Below are positions 1-12,953 of a DNA stretch of 32,723 bases, piece after piece; position 1 is the first letter of the stretch; each line of letters begins with the position of its first letter. Position numbers and translations under genes: made by a program. A model generated the notes under the pieces. The model made no database searches and had not been told where the DNA came from. It saw only the letters and a list, made by a program, of their open reading frames with translations. The stretch is from Octopus bimaculoides (lineage: Eukaryota), in contig NC_068985.1 of the NCBI RefSeq assembly GCF_001194135.2, positions 83,975,513 through 84,008,235 on the forward strand. The letters are read 5' to 3'.

Positions 1-37
<37 letters not shown>

Positions 38-82
38 ATATATATATATATTTGTTTATATGAATATATATATATATATATA
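1..82. repeat. (TG)n/(TA)n microsatellites
   Basis: Direct dinucleotide runs. Confidence 0.95.
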
Positions 83-820
83 TTCATAGTTGCACGTCTG
101 AAGCATAGATGTCTATATATTGTCAGTGTGTGTAGTTTTTTAGTCTGCATGTCTACGCGTTCATAAAAACACGCATAGCCCCTCAAATTACAGACATACA
201 CATGCATGTAGATGCACATATTAACAGATATAAACATATACATTGACATCAGCCCTGTCCAGCCCATGCCAGCACAGAGACAGACACACACACTATATAT
301 ATATATAAACACTTCTGCGTGTGTGTATTATATTCAACTGAATGAATTATTGACTGAAAAATGCCAGTTAGGTTACCATTATTTTGGGTTTGTTTGCATT
401 CATTTGATGATTTACAGGCTTCTCCAGATAACCATTTCAGAAGAGTGATATAGTTAGTTGAAGTGGAGTGGGTTCTTTCTCAAAACTGTGTTATTTTGCT
501 TTATTTTCTTTTCTTTGTACCATTTTTTTCCTGTCTCCAGATACTTTCTTCACCACCCACCAACAAACCTTTCAGCTAGCCTCACTCACCTCTATCTTAC
601 TTGTTTCTGTTTGGTTCAAGCTGTTATAATTTCTGTCATATTTTTAGTTCCAAGTTCCTCTCTCTGTGTCTTCTTTCTCTTCCTCTCTCTTTCTTTCTCT
701 CTTGCATTCTCTTTTATCTCTTTTCCCATTTCTTCACTCATCTGTTGCGTTTAGAACCTGACACACTGTCTACATTTCCACTGCTTTACATGCACTCATA
801 ACACATTTTCTTCTTATTTT

Positions 821-1040
821 TTTATCTTTTACTTGTTTCAGTCATTAGACTGCAGCCATGCTAGGGCAGTGCCTTGAAGGGTTTTAGTCGAATAAATCAA
901 TCCGAGGTCTTAAAGCTTAGTACTTATTCTAGAGGTCTCATTTGCTGAACCACTAGCTTACGGGGACATAAACACAACAATACCAGTTGTCAGTGGTGGG
1001 GGACAAACACAGACACAAAGATGCACAGACATAAACATAC

Positions 1041-1122
<82 letters not shown>
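821..1122 (-). mobile_element. 3' half of tRNA-derived SINE (family 1) plus internal (CA)n
   Basis: Reverse complement matches the 3' part of the full copies at 1864-2254 and 18929-19346 (ends ...gactgaaacaagtaaaagataaa). Confidence 0.85.
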
Positions 1123-1128
<6 letters not shown>

Positions 1129-1230
1129 TATATATGTAAATGTCAAACAATGAGAATGAATACTCAGCACTGCATTGGTGGATAAAAATTCTTTATTTGT
1201 GAATTAATACTACCATTGGTTTCATGTTAA

Positions 1231-1451
1231 CCATTTTGATACCAACCCACTGAAACTGCCTCTGGCTCTGTAGTACAAATGTCTTGCTTTCAAAAGTTCT
1301 GAATTAAGATCCTCCACCAAACTTTAGTTGCAATTTATGTTCTGAATGCTAGCTCAGTGATAACTAAGTTATTTTACTAAATTCTTTGTTATATTTATAA
1401 TTAATTGAAAGAAACACAGAGCATCTCAACAGAAATATGGTAACAAAAGGA
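1231..1451. mobile_element. piggyBac-type MITE
   Basis: TTAA at 1227-1230 and 1452-1455; imperfect TIRs CCATTTTGATACC / GGTAACAAAAGGA; right end cagaaatatggtaacaaaagga nearly matches the right end of the element at 10434-11479. Confidence 0.75.
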
Positions 1452-1529
1452 TTAAGAAACATATCTTAATATCTTAACACTTTTTCAAGCTGATTACATG
1501 GTGGGATAGTNNNNNNNNNNNNNNNNNNN

Positions 1530-1559
<30 letters not shown>

Positions 1560-1562
<3 letters not shown>

Positions 1563-1718
1563 GGCTTCTTTCAGTTTCCAGTCTACCAAATCCACTTACG
1601 AGGCTTTGTTCAACCTGAGGTTATACTAGAAGACACTTGCCCAAAGTGCCTTGCAGTGGGACTGAACCTGGAACCATGTAGTTGAGAAGCAAGCTTCTCA
1701 CCATGCAGCCAAGCCTGT
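1560..1718 (-). mobile_element. SINE family 1 head (tRNA-like plus CORE-like segment)
   Basis: Reverse complement has A-box-like tggctgcatgg, B-box-like ggttcagtccc, then ctttgggcaagtgtc. Confidence 0.85.
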
Positions 1719-1863
1719 ATCTATATTTATTTAAAATATTTTTTTAACTTTATGAATTCATTACACTGTAGGGTATTTGTAGATTATATTTCAATAAAAG
1801 ATTTAATAATGCAGGTCAAAGATTAAGAACTGGTAAATTCTGAAACAAGGAATAAGAAAAATC

Positions 1864-2254
1864 TGTGGCTCTGTGGTAAGAAGCTTGCATCCCAACAACA
1901 TGGTTCTGGATTCAGTCCCACTGCATGGTGCCTTGGAGAAGTGTCTTCAACTATAGCCTCAGGCTGACCAAAACCTTGTGAGTGGATTTGGTAGGCAGAA
2001 ACTGAGAAGAAGCCCATCGTATATATGTGTGTGTGGGTGTGGGTGTCTGTATTTGTCCCACCACCATCACTTAATAACTGATGTTGATGTGTTTTCATCC
2101 CTGTAACTTAGTTGTTCTGCAAAAGAGATCGATAGAATAAGTATTAAGCTTACAAAAATAAGTCCTGGGGTCAGTGTTTTTGACTAAAGGCGGTACTCCA
2201 ACATGGCCACAGTCAAATGACTGAAGCAAGTAAAAGCTTAAAAGAATAAAAGAA
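1864..2254 (+). mobile_element. Full-length SINE family 1 copy
   Basis: tRNA-like head (tggctctgtggtaag...ggattcagtccc), ccttggagaagtgtc core, internal (TG)n, tail ending in aaaaga repeats. Confidence 0.9.
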
Positions 2255-2454
2255 CATTATATATATATCTGCACACATATATACATACACACACGTGTGC
2301 ATGTCACACGTGCACATTATTATGCTCATGATATTGGAGGGCATACTTTGTTAAATTCTGTTAACAAGGTGGTGAGGAGTTGTTAATGCCTCTTAATGAA
2401 ATTGCCAAAAGATTCCGTCCCCTTTCAGGCACACACTGAGAAGGAGAGAGAGAG

Positions 2455-2494
<40 letters not shown>

Positions 2495-2756
2495 TAGGGT
2501 AGTAGATTATTGATTGTGAGATTGAGTGTTGAACTTCGTTTTTGAGTTAGTCTATACATGTGTATGTGTGGCAACGGTGGTGGTGGTGGTGGCGGTGGTT
2601 GTGGTGGTGGTGGTGTGTGTGTGTGTCAGTGTGTACTGATTGAATTTTGAGAGGACATACAGACACATACATACATTAAGTGTATGGGTTATAGGATAAG
2701 GAAAATGCTAATTAAGTTACATTTGCAGTTTGAAAATTAAAAAGTCAATATGAAGT

Positions 2757-2989
2757 ATCATCATCATCATCATCATCGTTTAACGTCCGCTTTCCATGCT
2801 AGCATGGGTTGGACGATTTGACTGAGGACTGGTGAAACCGGATGGCAACACCAGGCTCCAGTCTGATTTGGCAGAGTTTCTACAGCTGGATGCCCTTCCT
2901 AACGCCAACCACTCAGAGAGTGTAGTGGGTGCTTTTACGTGTCACCCGCACGAAAACGGCCACGCTCGAAATGGTGTCTTTTATGTGCC
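2757..2989 (-). mobile_element. RTE-type retroelement 3' end, running into a gap
   Basis: (GAT)n tail and aggaagggcatccagc motif on the minus strand; homologous to 9938-10130, 13812-13990 and 31200-31370. Confidence 0.8.
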
Positions 2990-3701
2990 NNNNNNNNNNN
3001 NNNNNNNNNNNNNNNNNNNNNNNNNNNNNNNNNNNNNNNNNNNNNNNNNNNNNNNNNNNNNNNNNNNNNNNNNNNNNNNNNNNNNNNNNNNNNNNNNNNN
3101 NNNNNNNNNNNNNNNNNNNNNNNNNNNNNNNNNNNNNNNNNNNNNNNNNNNNNNNNNNNNNNNNNNNNNNNNNNNNNNNNNNNNNNNNNNNNNNNNNNNN
3201 NNNNNNNNNNNNNNNNNNNNNNNNNNNNNNNNNNNNNNNNNNNNNNNNNNNNNNNNNNNNNNNNNNNNNNNNNNNNNNNNNNNNNNNNNNNNNNNNNNNN
3301 NNNNNNNNNNNNNNNNNNNNNNNNNNNNNNNNNNNNNNNNNNNNNNNNNNNNNNNNNNNNNNNNNNNNNNNNNNNNNNNNNNNNNNNNNNNNNNNNNNNN
3401 NNNNNNNNNNNNNNNNNNNNNNNNNNNNNNNNNNNNNNNNNNNNNNNNNNNNNNNNNNNNNNNNNNNNNNNNNNNNNNNNNNNNNNNNNNNNNNNNNNNN
3501 NNNNNNNNNNNNNNNNNNNNNNNNNNNNNNNNNNNNNNNNNNNNNNNNNNNNNNNNNNNNNNNNNNNNNNNNNNNNNNNNNNNNNNNNNNNNNNNNNNNN
3601 NNNNNNNNNNNNNNNNNNNNNNNNNNNNNNNNNNNNNNNNNNNNNNNNNNNNNNNNNNNNNNNNNNNNNNNNNNNNNNNNNNNNNNNNNNNNNNNNNNNN
3701 N
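2990..3701. other. Assembly gap (other gaps: 1511-1529, 4517-4913, 10824-11250, 21232-21405, 29726-29825)
   Basis: N runs, most bordered by microsatellites. Confidence 1.
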
Positions 3702-3750
<49 letters not shown>

Positions 3751-3949
3751 TATACATGTGTATGTCTACATAAACACACACACATACACACATATATATA
3801 TATCTCACTTTTCTTATGCTATTTATCCAATTACATTAATTTCTTTCTCCTCTATTTCATTATCTACTTCTTTGTATGTTAAATTCTCCCTCTACAATAT
3901 ATATTTTCTCCTTTTTTGGGTTTTTCTTTTTTTCTTCTTTTGCTATCTT

Positions 3950-4162
3950 CTTTTATTTGTTCCAATCATTTGGACTACTCCCATGCTGGGGCACTGCCTC
4001 CATGGGTTTTACTTGAACAAATCTACCCCAAACCTTTTTTTTTTTTCTGCAATGTCTGGTACTTATTTGATCAGTCCAATTTGCCAAACTACAAAGTCAG
4101 AGGAACTTAAACACAGCAATACCAGTTGTCAATCAGTATGTGTGTTGAAGAGACCAACAAAG

Positions 4163-4211
<49 letters not shown>

Positions 4212-4215
4212 GCAG
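3950..4215 (-). mobile_element. Degenerate SINE family 1 3' half
   Basis: ccatgctggggcactgcc...caccagttgtc-like segments followed by (CA)n. Confidence 0.6.
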
Positions 4216-4476
4216 GCTTCTAGAACTATTGTCATTATAACCAACAGAGTAATAGTTGAAAGAAAGTTAATTTGAGCCAAATGGTAAGAGAAAATGTATT
4301 TCGTATTATATTTGAGAATACATAGGTAATATATTCCATATTATACATATATAATTTAAGAGCGTTTATATTTTCATGTTATATTAGGTACCTACTTGAA
4401 CAATGAAAGGTGTTTATTCAAAGTTTCATTAGAAATGCTGACCTGTTTTTGGCTCTTGACCATGTACACACAGAAA

Positions 4477-4516
<40 letters not shown>

Positions 4517-7329
4517 NNNNNNNNNNNNNNNNNNNNNNNNNNNNNNNNNNNNNNNNNNNNNNNNNNNNNNNNNNNNNNNNNNNNNNNNNNNNNNNNNNNN
4601 NNNNNNNNNNNNNNNNNNNNNNNNNNNNNNNNNNNNNNNNNNNNNNNNNNNNNNNNNNNNNNNNNNNNNNNNNNNNNNNNNNNNNNNNNNNNNNNNNNNN
4701 NNNNNNNNNNNNNNNNNNNNNNNNNNNNNNNNNNNNNNNNNNNNNNNNNNNNNNNNNNNNNNNNNNNNNNNNNNNNNNNNNNNNNNNNNNNNNNNNNNNN
4801 NNNNNNNNNNNNNNNNNNNNNNNNNNNNNNNNNNNNNNNNNNNNNNNNNNNNNNNNNNNNNNNNNNNNNNNNNNNNNNNNNNNNNNNNNNNNNNNNNNNN
4901 NNNNNNNNNNNNNATATATATATATATATATATACATACATACATATGTATATACATACATACACACATGTATGTTTAAACACATTGACAATATATTGGT
5001 GTTGTTACGGATGTTGGTCTGCTTTCTTTGCTTAAGCATTTTAAATAACTTTGACAAAGGTGTCAAGTCTGAAAGTCAAATGTCACAATAATGATTAAAG
5101 AATTGTTTAAGTGAAGACAGGTTTAATAATGTATTGACAACCGATAAACTTAATATCTCCTGATTTTGTTTACATATTCATTTATATTTTTCATCTTTTG
5201 TGTCATTTTATATATTTTCAACCCAAAATTATTTTCAAAAAATAAGTTTAAATGTATTATAAGCCAACATAACAAGGAAAATCCCTTTAATAATGGCTAA
5301 AAATAAATTTAAAGTAAAAGAGACTTAGAGAAATATATATGACAGCTGTACCTAATTTCACTCTTGTTTGTGGAATCCTAAGTTGAATTTTTGGGATAGC
5401 ATTAGATTTCTGTTTTATTTTGTTTGATAGATCTGATAATTTTGCAAGACATCTCAAGACGTTAGTAAAATGTAAATATCATTATGATAAACCATATGTT
5501 TTTGATTTCCTTGCTTTAAAACTAGATTCAGGCTAAGTAATAATGTACTTTCTCTTCTAGAATTTGAAGTTAATCCAATTTGAGTGTCAACAACTAATCA
5601 TAATCTGTTTTCTATCTCGTAAGAATAGCTTTCATCGCTGAGAAAACAAGTAACAAGACATATATTTCAGTAAAAGCAATAAACAAATAATAAAATAAAA
5701 TAAATAAATAATAAAGTAAAATAAATAAATAAATAAAGACTAAAATATGTTGTTTGTTTTTTTCCGTGACATAGTATTCTTTAAATCTTCATATGTTTTG
5801 TATCAAATACAATGAGAAATAACCTTTGTTTATGCTGAATTTTTATGGATATGTCTAAATTAGAAAGGAAATATAGAAAAATGTAGAAAGGAATAGCAAA
5901 ACCAGAAATAGTTTATAACAAAGTGGTTGTGTCTTTTATTTGTTGGCACAAAATCAACATTTAAAGCTACTCTGCATTAGATATCAAAAATTTGGTTCTT
6001 CTAACATTTATCAGCTTTTGGTATTGTATAGCTTACCTTCTTCAGTGGATATGATTTATTTTATTTTTTCTTCTATATTTATTGAGGTGTTACCATAAGC
6101 CAGACATCAACTCTTCTCTCTTGTTTTGTATAGAAGGTAGAGCATCAGATTTTATCTATGTCATTTGTTTACTCATGTTTTCTGTATTCAAAGCTTACTG
6201 TTGTTGACTTAACTTTTCATTTTCTAAGTGTTGTTACCGTCACCAAAACTAGTGCCTACTTTAGTAAAACAGTACTTTTCAATGGTTGTGTAGCTGTTAG
6301 TCTAACAAGCTCTCAGAAGCATATAATTTTTCATTCCAGCTGACAAATCATCAAGCTATGATGTACTTGCCCTACCATTGATCATATCAGTCAAGTGTCA
6401 ACAAAATGAGTAGCTCTATATAATAATGATTGACTCAGCGAGAAATATACTTTCCAATAAACAATTCACAATATTGTCAGGAAAAAGCAGCCTCTATTAT
6501 TAATAATGATATCAATATTACTATTAATATTGTTATTATTGTTGTGATATATTTATGAGATGTAGTAGTTCACCTCACTAAATACATTAGAGTATTTAGC
6601 TTCATCTTATCTACATTCAGAATTGAAATATAAAAACCAACCATCTGTGGCTGATAGAATAAGCACCACTCACATACTATTTCAGTTAAATTTAATTAAC
6701 TATACTTTTTCTCTACAAATTTGGGAGTTAACCAAACAAAATGAAATGTGAACACAAGAGCTGAACAAACATTCTATAGTTCAGATGTTGTTCCCCAAAA
6801 ATGTATAATCACCAGTACCATCACTACTGATATCATTTATGATATATATATATTTCCATTTTTGTAGAATGACTCTTTGGGAGTTAGTGTCTTCAGTATG
6901 TATGGACACCCAGCAGACAGTGATGGAATGCAGACCTCCCAACTTTTTGGCTTTTTGTCTAGTGTCTTATCACTTCTGTCATTATCTCTCTTCTTAAAAT
7001 GGTACCAATGTGTAAATTGTTTCTTAGATGATTGCACAACCATCACAAAGAAAGAATGGCCACAGATAAAACGCTGGTAGAACTTTTTTTGCTAATCCTA
7101 AATGTTGGTAAAAAATTGGCACTAGGCTACACATTTAGAAGAAGAATAATGTCATTTTAAAGCTTTTTGAGGGAGATCTGGTTGGTAAAGACTGAGGGAG
7201 CCAGTTGGGGAGACTATTTGTTTTTTGGTAATAAAACCACCATCACCACCACCACCACCTGATCCATGAATGTCTTTAGTGGAGTCCATTTTTTTTCTGA
7301 TCTCTTGTCTGAGGATAACTTCCTTCCAT

Positions 7330-7520
7330 CCTCCTATCAGAAAGGCCAAACTGCCTTTCTTCTTTTGACAAAAATTAAAAATGAGAAAAAAGATCTACTC
7401 CTATACTTGCCGAGTATATCATTTTATTGAAGGATGAATGTTAAAGCTGACCTCAACAGAAATGGAACTCAGAACATTAAGAGTCATACCTGAATACTGC
7501 GACGCACTTTATCCACTACA
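7330..7520 (-). mobile_element. Degenerate tRNA-headed SINE (second family)
   Basis: Reverse complement gtagtggataaagtg...gttctgagttccatttctgttgaggtcagctttaacattcatcc resembles 25706-25932. Confidence 0.5.
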
Positions 7521-8316
7521 AACAAGTTTGCAATTTTTCTATTCTAACTCCAAATTTTAGAATGTGCCCAATAAAGATTTGAGGCTAAGGCTAATTTACT
7601 AACCAACCAATCAGTTTTAAAACCAAATTTCTAAGCTGCATATATTTCTTTCACATGTCTTGAACACTGGAATTTTGGATTTAGTTGGTCCACACTACAT
7701 AATTAACAACTTATGTACTTTATATCTTCTAAATTAGAGCTAATTGTATCAACTATGCTAGCAGCAATGTCAAGTTTATTATGGGAAGGAAATGGAAGAT
7801 GTGATGTTCATCACTAACATAATTAAAATTTTAAAAAAAAGAGATTATCAACCCAAAGGCTGTTGTTATGTTACACTATCACTACTACCACTATTATTAT
7901 TATTATTATCACTTCCACCACTACTGCTGCTTTCCTTGGACAACAGTACTCTCACTGCCACTTTCACAATTACTGCCACCACTAATAATATTACTAATAC
8001 CGCAAAAAATACTTCCACCACCACTATCACCACTCACATTACCAACAGAATTGAATGAGACAGAAAATTTAAACATATCCACCTATAAATTTAACTCAAA
8101 ATAATCAATTTCTAATTTTCATACAAGTGTAATGGTATGTAACCATTCTATTCTTAAATTAAATAGAGAATATGAATTCTTCTCTCTATCAGAATTCCTT
8201 GGTAACAATCACTGGACTTCTGTGTGTGTATGTGTAAGCATCTCTACACTAGGACATGTACATGTATACACACACATACATCATTCACACACATCCACAT
8301 TTACTTTCTCACACAG

Positions 8317-8348
<32 letters not shown>

Positions 8349-9696
8349 CTATCTATCTATCTATCTATCACATACACTTATACAAAGGTTTAAAATAACA
8401 AGCTCAAAGAGAAATAATCTAAAAGAAATTTCATAAATAGATTATTATTTTTTTTTTAAAGAACACTTCTAGAACGGATCAGCTAATGATGGTAAATTAA
8501 AGTAAAAACAGAAACCACCACCAACAACAACAACAGCAACATCAACAATAATCACAACAGCAACAAATAAACAAACTGTGTACAAAGTAAAATCTAAAAT
8601 AGAGATATAAATGTTTTAGAAACTTAGTGCAAAGGCATAATTATAGGTTTATATAAATTGTCATAAGACTATGCGTTGCTAAAACTAGTATCCGGCACCA
8701 AGCCGGCCATAATACACGGTTATATACATATACAAAAGCAAAGCTAATGAACTGATGTTGTCAGAAATCCTAATTGCAGATATGCAAATTATAATAATGA
8801 TAATAATAATAATGATAATAATAATAATAATAAATATAAATTTTTAGGAAGGAAAACAAAAAATATAATATATAAAAATAAAAAGTTTTCAAAAAGTATG
8901 AAAGTATAAAAATGATAGAAAAGCAAAGAAAGATAGAAAAATAGATTTCAAAAGGGGGAAAATGCTAAACTGAATAAAAATAATAATGTTCAATAATTTT
9001 GAGTTTTTAAATAAATTGATGAGATAAGATTAATTTTAAACTTCTAAAATTATTCCCCTGATGAAGACTACGGTAAATATCGTGCCGGAAGAGTGCTCGT
9101 TTGCTTTAATAAGTGGCATTATTTTAGTGATTGTTCATGCAGTTGGTGGTAGGCGATCATGTCTTATTTTATAAATTTGCTTCTTCTCAGCCAACTAATG
9201 ACAGCCGTGATGAAGAAAATGCAAGACAAACATACGATTATAGATAGACAGATAGGTAGATAAAAAGCAAGAGAGAAAAACCCAGAGAGATAGAAATAGT
9301 GGGATGGGAAATTCGGATATAAGAAAAATCTTTTATTAAAAGTGAAAAATGATCTGATGAAGTGGAATAAATTAGAACAAGACTATATAGATCAAAAGTT
9401 AATAATTGGTGCCTAGTATTTATAGATAAGAAAGTTACAGACTATAACTAACTAAAGCTAAGATTGAAGTAGCATTTTTCATTTCTACATTTAGCTGTTT
9501 GATTTGTAATCTCTTCTAGAATTCTGTTGATAACAGAAATACTCAATTTTAAAATGCATGTCAACACTTTTTCTTTTCCAGAGTGGGCATCTGATTTGAC
9601 CAGTAGATAAAAGAAACAAACACTAAGAGGGGCCTACAGAATACTAAGTATAGTTTATTATGCCAAGTGTGTACATTGTAGAAGCTACATATATAT

Positions 9697-9935
9697 GCAG
9701 GCTTGGCAATGTGGTTAAGCAGTTCACTTCACAACCATATGCTTTTGGGTTCAGTAATACTGTATGGCACCTTGTACAAGTCTTTTTGGTAGCCCCAGGT
9801 TGAGTGTCACTATCAAACAAGCAGTGTCATTTATTTACAGTCTTCAATAAAAACATATCTAACCAAGGGGTAATATTATCTTGTATGGAAACAGGTGAGC
9901 ACTAGCAACAAGAAGGGCATCTGGTTGTCGAAAAT
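9697..9935 (+). mobile_element. SINE with family-1-like head and RTE-type tail motif
   Basis: ggcaatgtggttaag...gggttcagt...ggcaccttgtacaagt head, then agaagggcatctgg motif. Confidence 0.55.
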
Positions 9936-9937
9936 AT

Positions 9938-10429
9938 CATCATCTCATCATCATTGTTTAACGTCCACTTCCTGTGCTGGCATGAGTTGGACAGTTTGAC
10001 TGAGGGCTGGCAAGTCAGAAGGCTGCACTAGGCTCCAATCTGATCTCGCAGAGTTTCTACAGCTGGATGTCCTTTTTAACGCCAACCACTCTTAGAATAT
10101 TGTGGGTGCTTTTTACATGCCACCTGCACAGGAGCCAGTCAGGTGGTACTGGCAACAACCACGCTCGAATGGTGTTTTTTATGTGCCACCAGCACAGGAA
10201 CCGGTCAGGCTACAATGGCAATGATCACACTCGAATGTGATTTTTACGTGCCACTGGCATGGGAGCCAGTCAGGTGGAACTGGCAACAATCACACTCGAA
10301 TGGTGCTTTTAATGTGCCACTGGCACAGGTGCCAATCAGGCAGTACTGTCATTGGCCACAACAACAATTTCACTTGCCTCAACAGGTCTTTGCAAGTGCA
10401 GTTTATTGCCCAATGATTGAAGGGTACTC
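9938..10429 (-). mobile_element. RTE LINE 3' UTR portion (left of piggyBac insertion), with internal ~60-bp tandem units at ~10110-10330
   Basis: (GAT)n tail, homology to the other RTE ends, repeated ...cacgctcgaatggtg...tgccac units. Confidence 0.8.
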
Positions 10430-10433
10430 TTAA

Positions 10434-11479
10434 CCTTTTCGTTACTAACCCGGCCGTAGCCGGCCGAAAAAGTTTTTGGTTCATAAGACTAACCCGGCCG
10501 TAGCCGGCCGAGCGTACCCATTGTTATTTAAATGTATATTTGAACCCAAATCTCGTTAGTACATTCGTTAAAACACCTGATTTCACTTTGCAAACAGTTT
10601 AGTTATTGTCTCCGACATTGTTTGGCGTGATATTTGAACTCAGTGAATTTTGGAAGATTTTTTTCCACATTTTTTGCGGCGTTGATTTTTTTCAACTTTG
10701 AAGATGGAGAGGAGTTTCATGCTATCAAGCAGTGATTCCGAATTTGAAGGTTTTTCAACAGAAGATATGGAGATATCGAAGAAAAGAATGAACCAGCTAC
10801 AAAAGCACGTGGTGAACGATAATNNNNNNNNNNNNNNNNNNNNNNNNNNNNNNNNNNNNNNNNNNNNNNNNNNNNNNNNNNNNNNNNNNNNNNNNNNNNN
10901 NNNNNNNNNNNNNNNNNNNNNNNNNNNNNNNNNNNNNNNNNNNNNNNNNNNNNNNNNNNNNNNNNNNNNNNNNNNNNNNNNNNNNNNNNNNNNNNNNNNN
11001 NNNNNNNNNNNNNNNNNNNNNNNNNNNNNNNNNNNNNNNNNNNNNNNNNNNNNNNNNNNNNNNNNNNNNNNNNNNNNNNNNNNNNNNNNNNNNNNNNNNN
11101 NNNNNNNNNNNNNNNNNNNNNNNNNNNNNNNNNNNNNNNNNNNNNNNNNNNNNNNNNNNNNNNNNNNNNNNNNNNNNNNNNNNNNNNNNNNNNNNNNNNN
11201 NNNNNNNNNNNNNNNNNNNNNNNNNNNNNNNNNNNNNNNNNNNNNNNNNNACTAGCAGTACCCACCCCCCCAGTACGTGGAGAACTTTGAGACAAAAATT
11301 ATGCAATAGAATTGATTAAGAACCCTTTCTTTAATTATGTTCCAAATATCACATTAATATGTTGATAAATAAAAAAGTTACAGGTATTTAATGAGACTAG
11401 TCTAAATTCATGATTATTTTAGAATTCATTTGAAACTCATGAGGGGTGTAATTTGGTCAGAAATATAGTAACGAAAGGG
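10434..11479 (+). mobile_element. piggyBac-like DNA transposon, probably internally deleted (interior partly N-gap)
   Basis: TTAA at 10430-10433 and 11480-11483; 13-bp TIRs CCTTTTCGTTACT / AGTAACGAAAGGG (12/13 match); interrupts an RTE element. Confidence 0.85.
10704..10823 (+). pseudogene. Putative N-terminus of piggyBac transposase, truncated by the gap
   Basis: MERSFMLSSSDSEFEGFSTEDMEISKKRMNQLQKHVVNDN: acidic Ser/Asp/Glu-rich start typical of piggyBac transposases, inside the TIRs; no catalytic domain visible. Confidence 0.55.
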
Positions 11480-11483
11480 TTAA

Positions 11484-11975
11484 ATAGGCTGGTTACGCTG
11501 CACTGGCACAGGCCACAGTTATGGTCTCACTTGACTTGCCAGGTCTTCTTAAGCACAGCATATCGCCAAAAGTCTCAATCACTTGTCATTGCCTCGGTGA
11601 GGGCCAATATTCAAAGGTCGTGCTTCACCACCTCATCCCAGGTCTTTCTGGGTCTACCTCTTCCACAGGTTCCCTCTACTGCTAGGTGTGACACTTTTTC
11701 ACACTGTTGTCCTCATCTATTTACAACATGTGACCATACCAGTGCAGTCGTCTCTCTTGCACACCACATCTAATGCTTCTTAAGTTCAACTTTTCTCTCA
11801 AGGCGCTTACACTCTGTTGTGTATGCCCACTGACATTATACATCCAGCGGAGCATATTGGCTTCATTCCTTGCAAGCTTACACATGTCCTCAGCAGTCAC
11901 AGCCCATGTTTCACTGCCATGTAGCATGGCTGTTCACACACATGCGTCATACAGTCTACCTTTTATATTCTGAGC
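11484..11975 (-). mobile_element. RTE LINE ORF C-terminal remnant, 5'-truncated
   Basis: Translation KGRLYDACV*TAMLHGSETWAVTAEDMCKLARNEANMLRWM...RRLHWYGH is the RTE-clade GSETW/WYGH region. Confidence 0.9.
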
Positions 11976-12461
11976 GAGAAATATCTATATATATATATAC
12001 ACACACACACATACACCAACGAAGGACTCAACTATGTTAACCATTTTAAATGTAAATCTAGCCTTTGCTATTGCATACTGCGAGTTCACGACAGTAAAAA
12101 AAAAAATGTGAAGCCTGTAAAGGAACCACAGGTATCTACATTAATGTTCCCTCATCAAATGATCTGAAACTAAGAAGTTTTAGCTTTAAACTCATCACTG
12201 TAAACTTCAGTGTCATAAAATATGAGATATAGCATGATAAATATAAATCATAACAAGATAAATGTAAAGTGTAACAACCTGCCGTTTATGACAAATGTTA
12301 GTAAGTAATGATAATTCTGATGAAAGAGTATTAGAACTTGATAGAAGCTTTGCAATGTGTGTAAATGAGATAAATGAGCAATGCAGGTGAAGAATTAAGC
12401 TACAGTTTGTAAGATGGTATCAATAAAGGAAAGCAAAAAAGGAAAAAGATATTATATTACT

Positions 12462-12650
12462 TTACATAAGTAGTTTAATGAACCTAATATATTTTGGAAA
12501 AAGATTCCCCTTTTCAAATAGCAGCAAGGAAATGAAAAGTTTTAAAAAATCTGTTGTTATTGGCAGACCATTCCAGAGAATCATGATGAAAGCATTGCTT
12601 GAACTTCTGTAGTTGTGGTTGGTTGAGTTAGGTCGTATCAACAGAAACAT
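12462..12650 (-). pseudogene. Possible old CR1/L2-type LINE ORF2 C-terminal remnant
   Basis: ...AFIMILWNGLP... resembles the WNxLP motif; single motif only. Confidence 0.3.
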
Positions 12651-12953
12651 GTAGTATGGAGTGGCAGCAGAAACATTTGAAATTCATATAAATTATTTAT
12701 TTGCATGATTAAAGAATATAATCCATGAACAAGTTATCTACATTGTCAAAAATGTCTTTTAACCAACTTTTCATAGCAGATATTCTTTTATTTGTTTTAG
12801 TCATTTGACTGTGGCCATGCTGGAGAACTGCCTTTAGCCAAACAAATCAACCTCAGGACTTATTCTTTGTAATACAGCACTATATTTAAGAGATAAGGAA
12901 TTATGTACATTATTTACATTTGACAGATATTTGTCCTCATCTTGTTTGTTGTT

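Noticed and set aside
953-1170. CVCVCV, HTHTHT and IYIYIY ORFs here and elsewhere
   Set aside because: Translations of microsatellites.
2832-5091. Long ORFs of 180-430 aa in the track (also 10698-11306, 21142-21598, 29618-29904)
   Set aside because: They are open only because they cross N-gaps and (TA)n/(CA)n runs.
5561-5618. Plus-strand 58-nt segment with good acceptor and donor (NLKLIQFECQQLIIICFLS)
   Set aside because: Isolated, AT-rich, no recognisable peptide or partner exon; such pairs occur by chance.
6837-7080. Overlapping 67-69 aa ORFs on both strands
   Set aside because: No recognisable domain or splice support.
9058-9100. CTGATGA-A-GACTACG...CGTGCC-GGAA possible hammerhead
   Set aside because: Stem II partial, GAAA altered, no stem I; kept only as weak context.
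10110-10330. Regularly spaced ~60-bp repeats resembling a CRISPR-like array
   Set aside because: Whole units are homologous, with no unique spacers; they are internal tandem repeats of the RTE 3' region in eukaryotic DNA.
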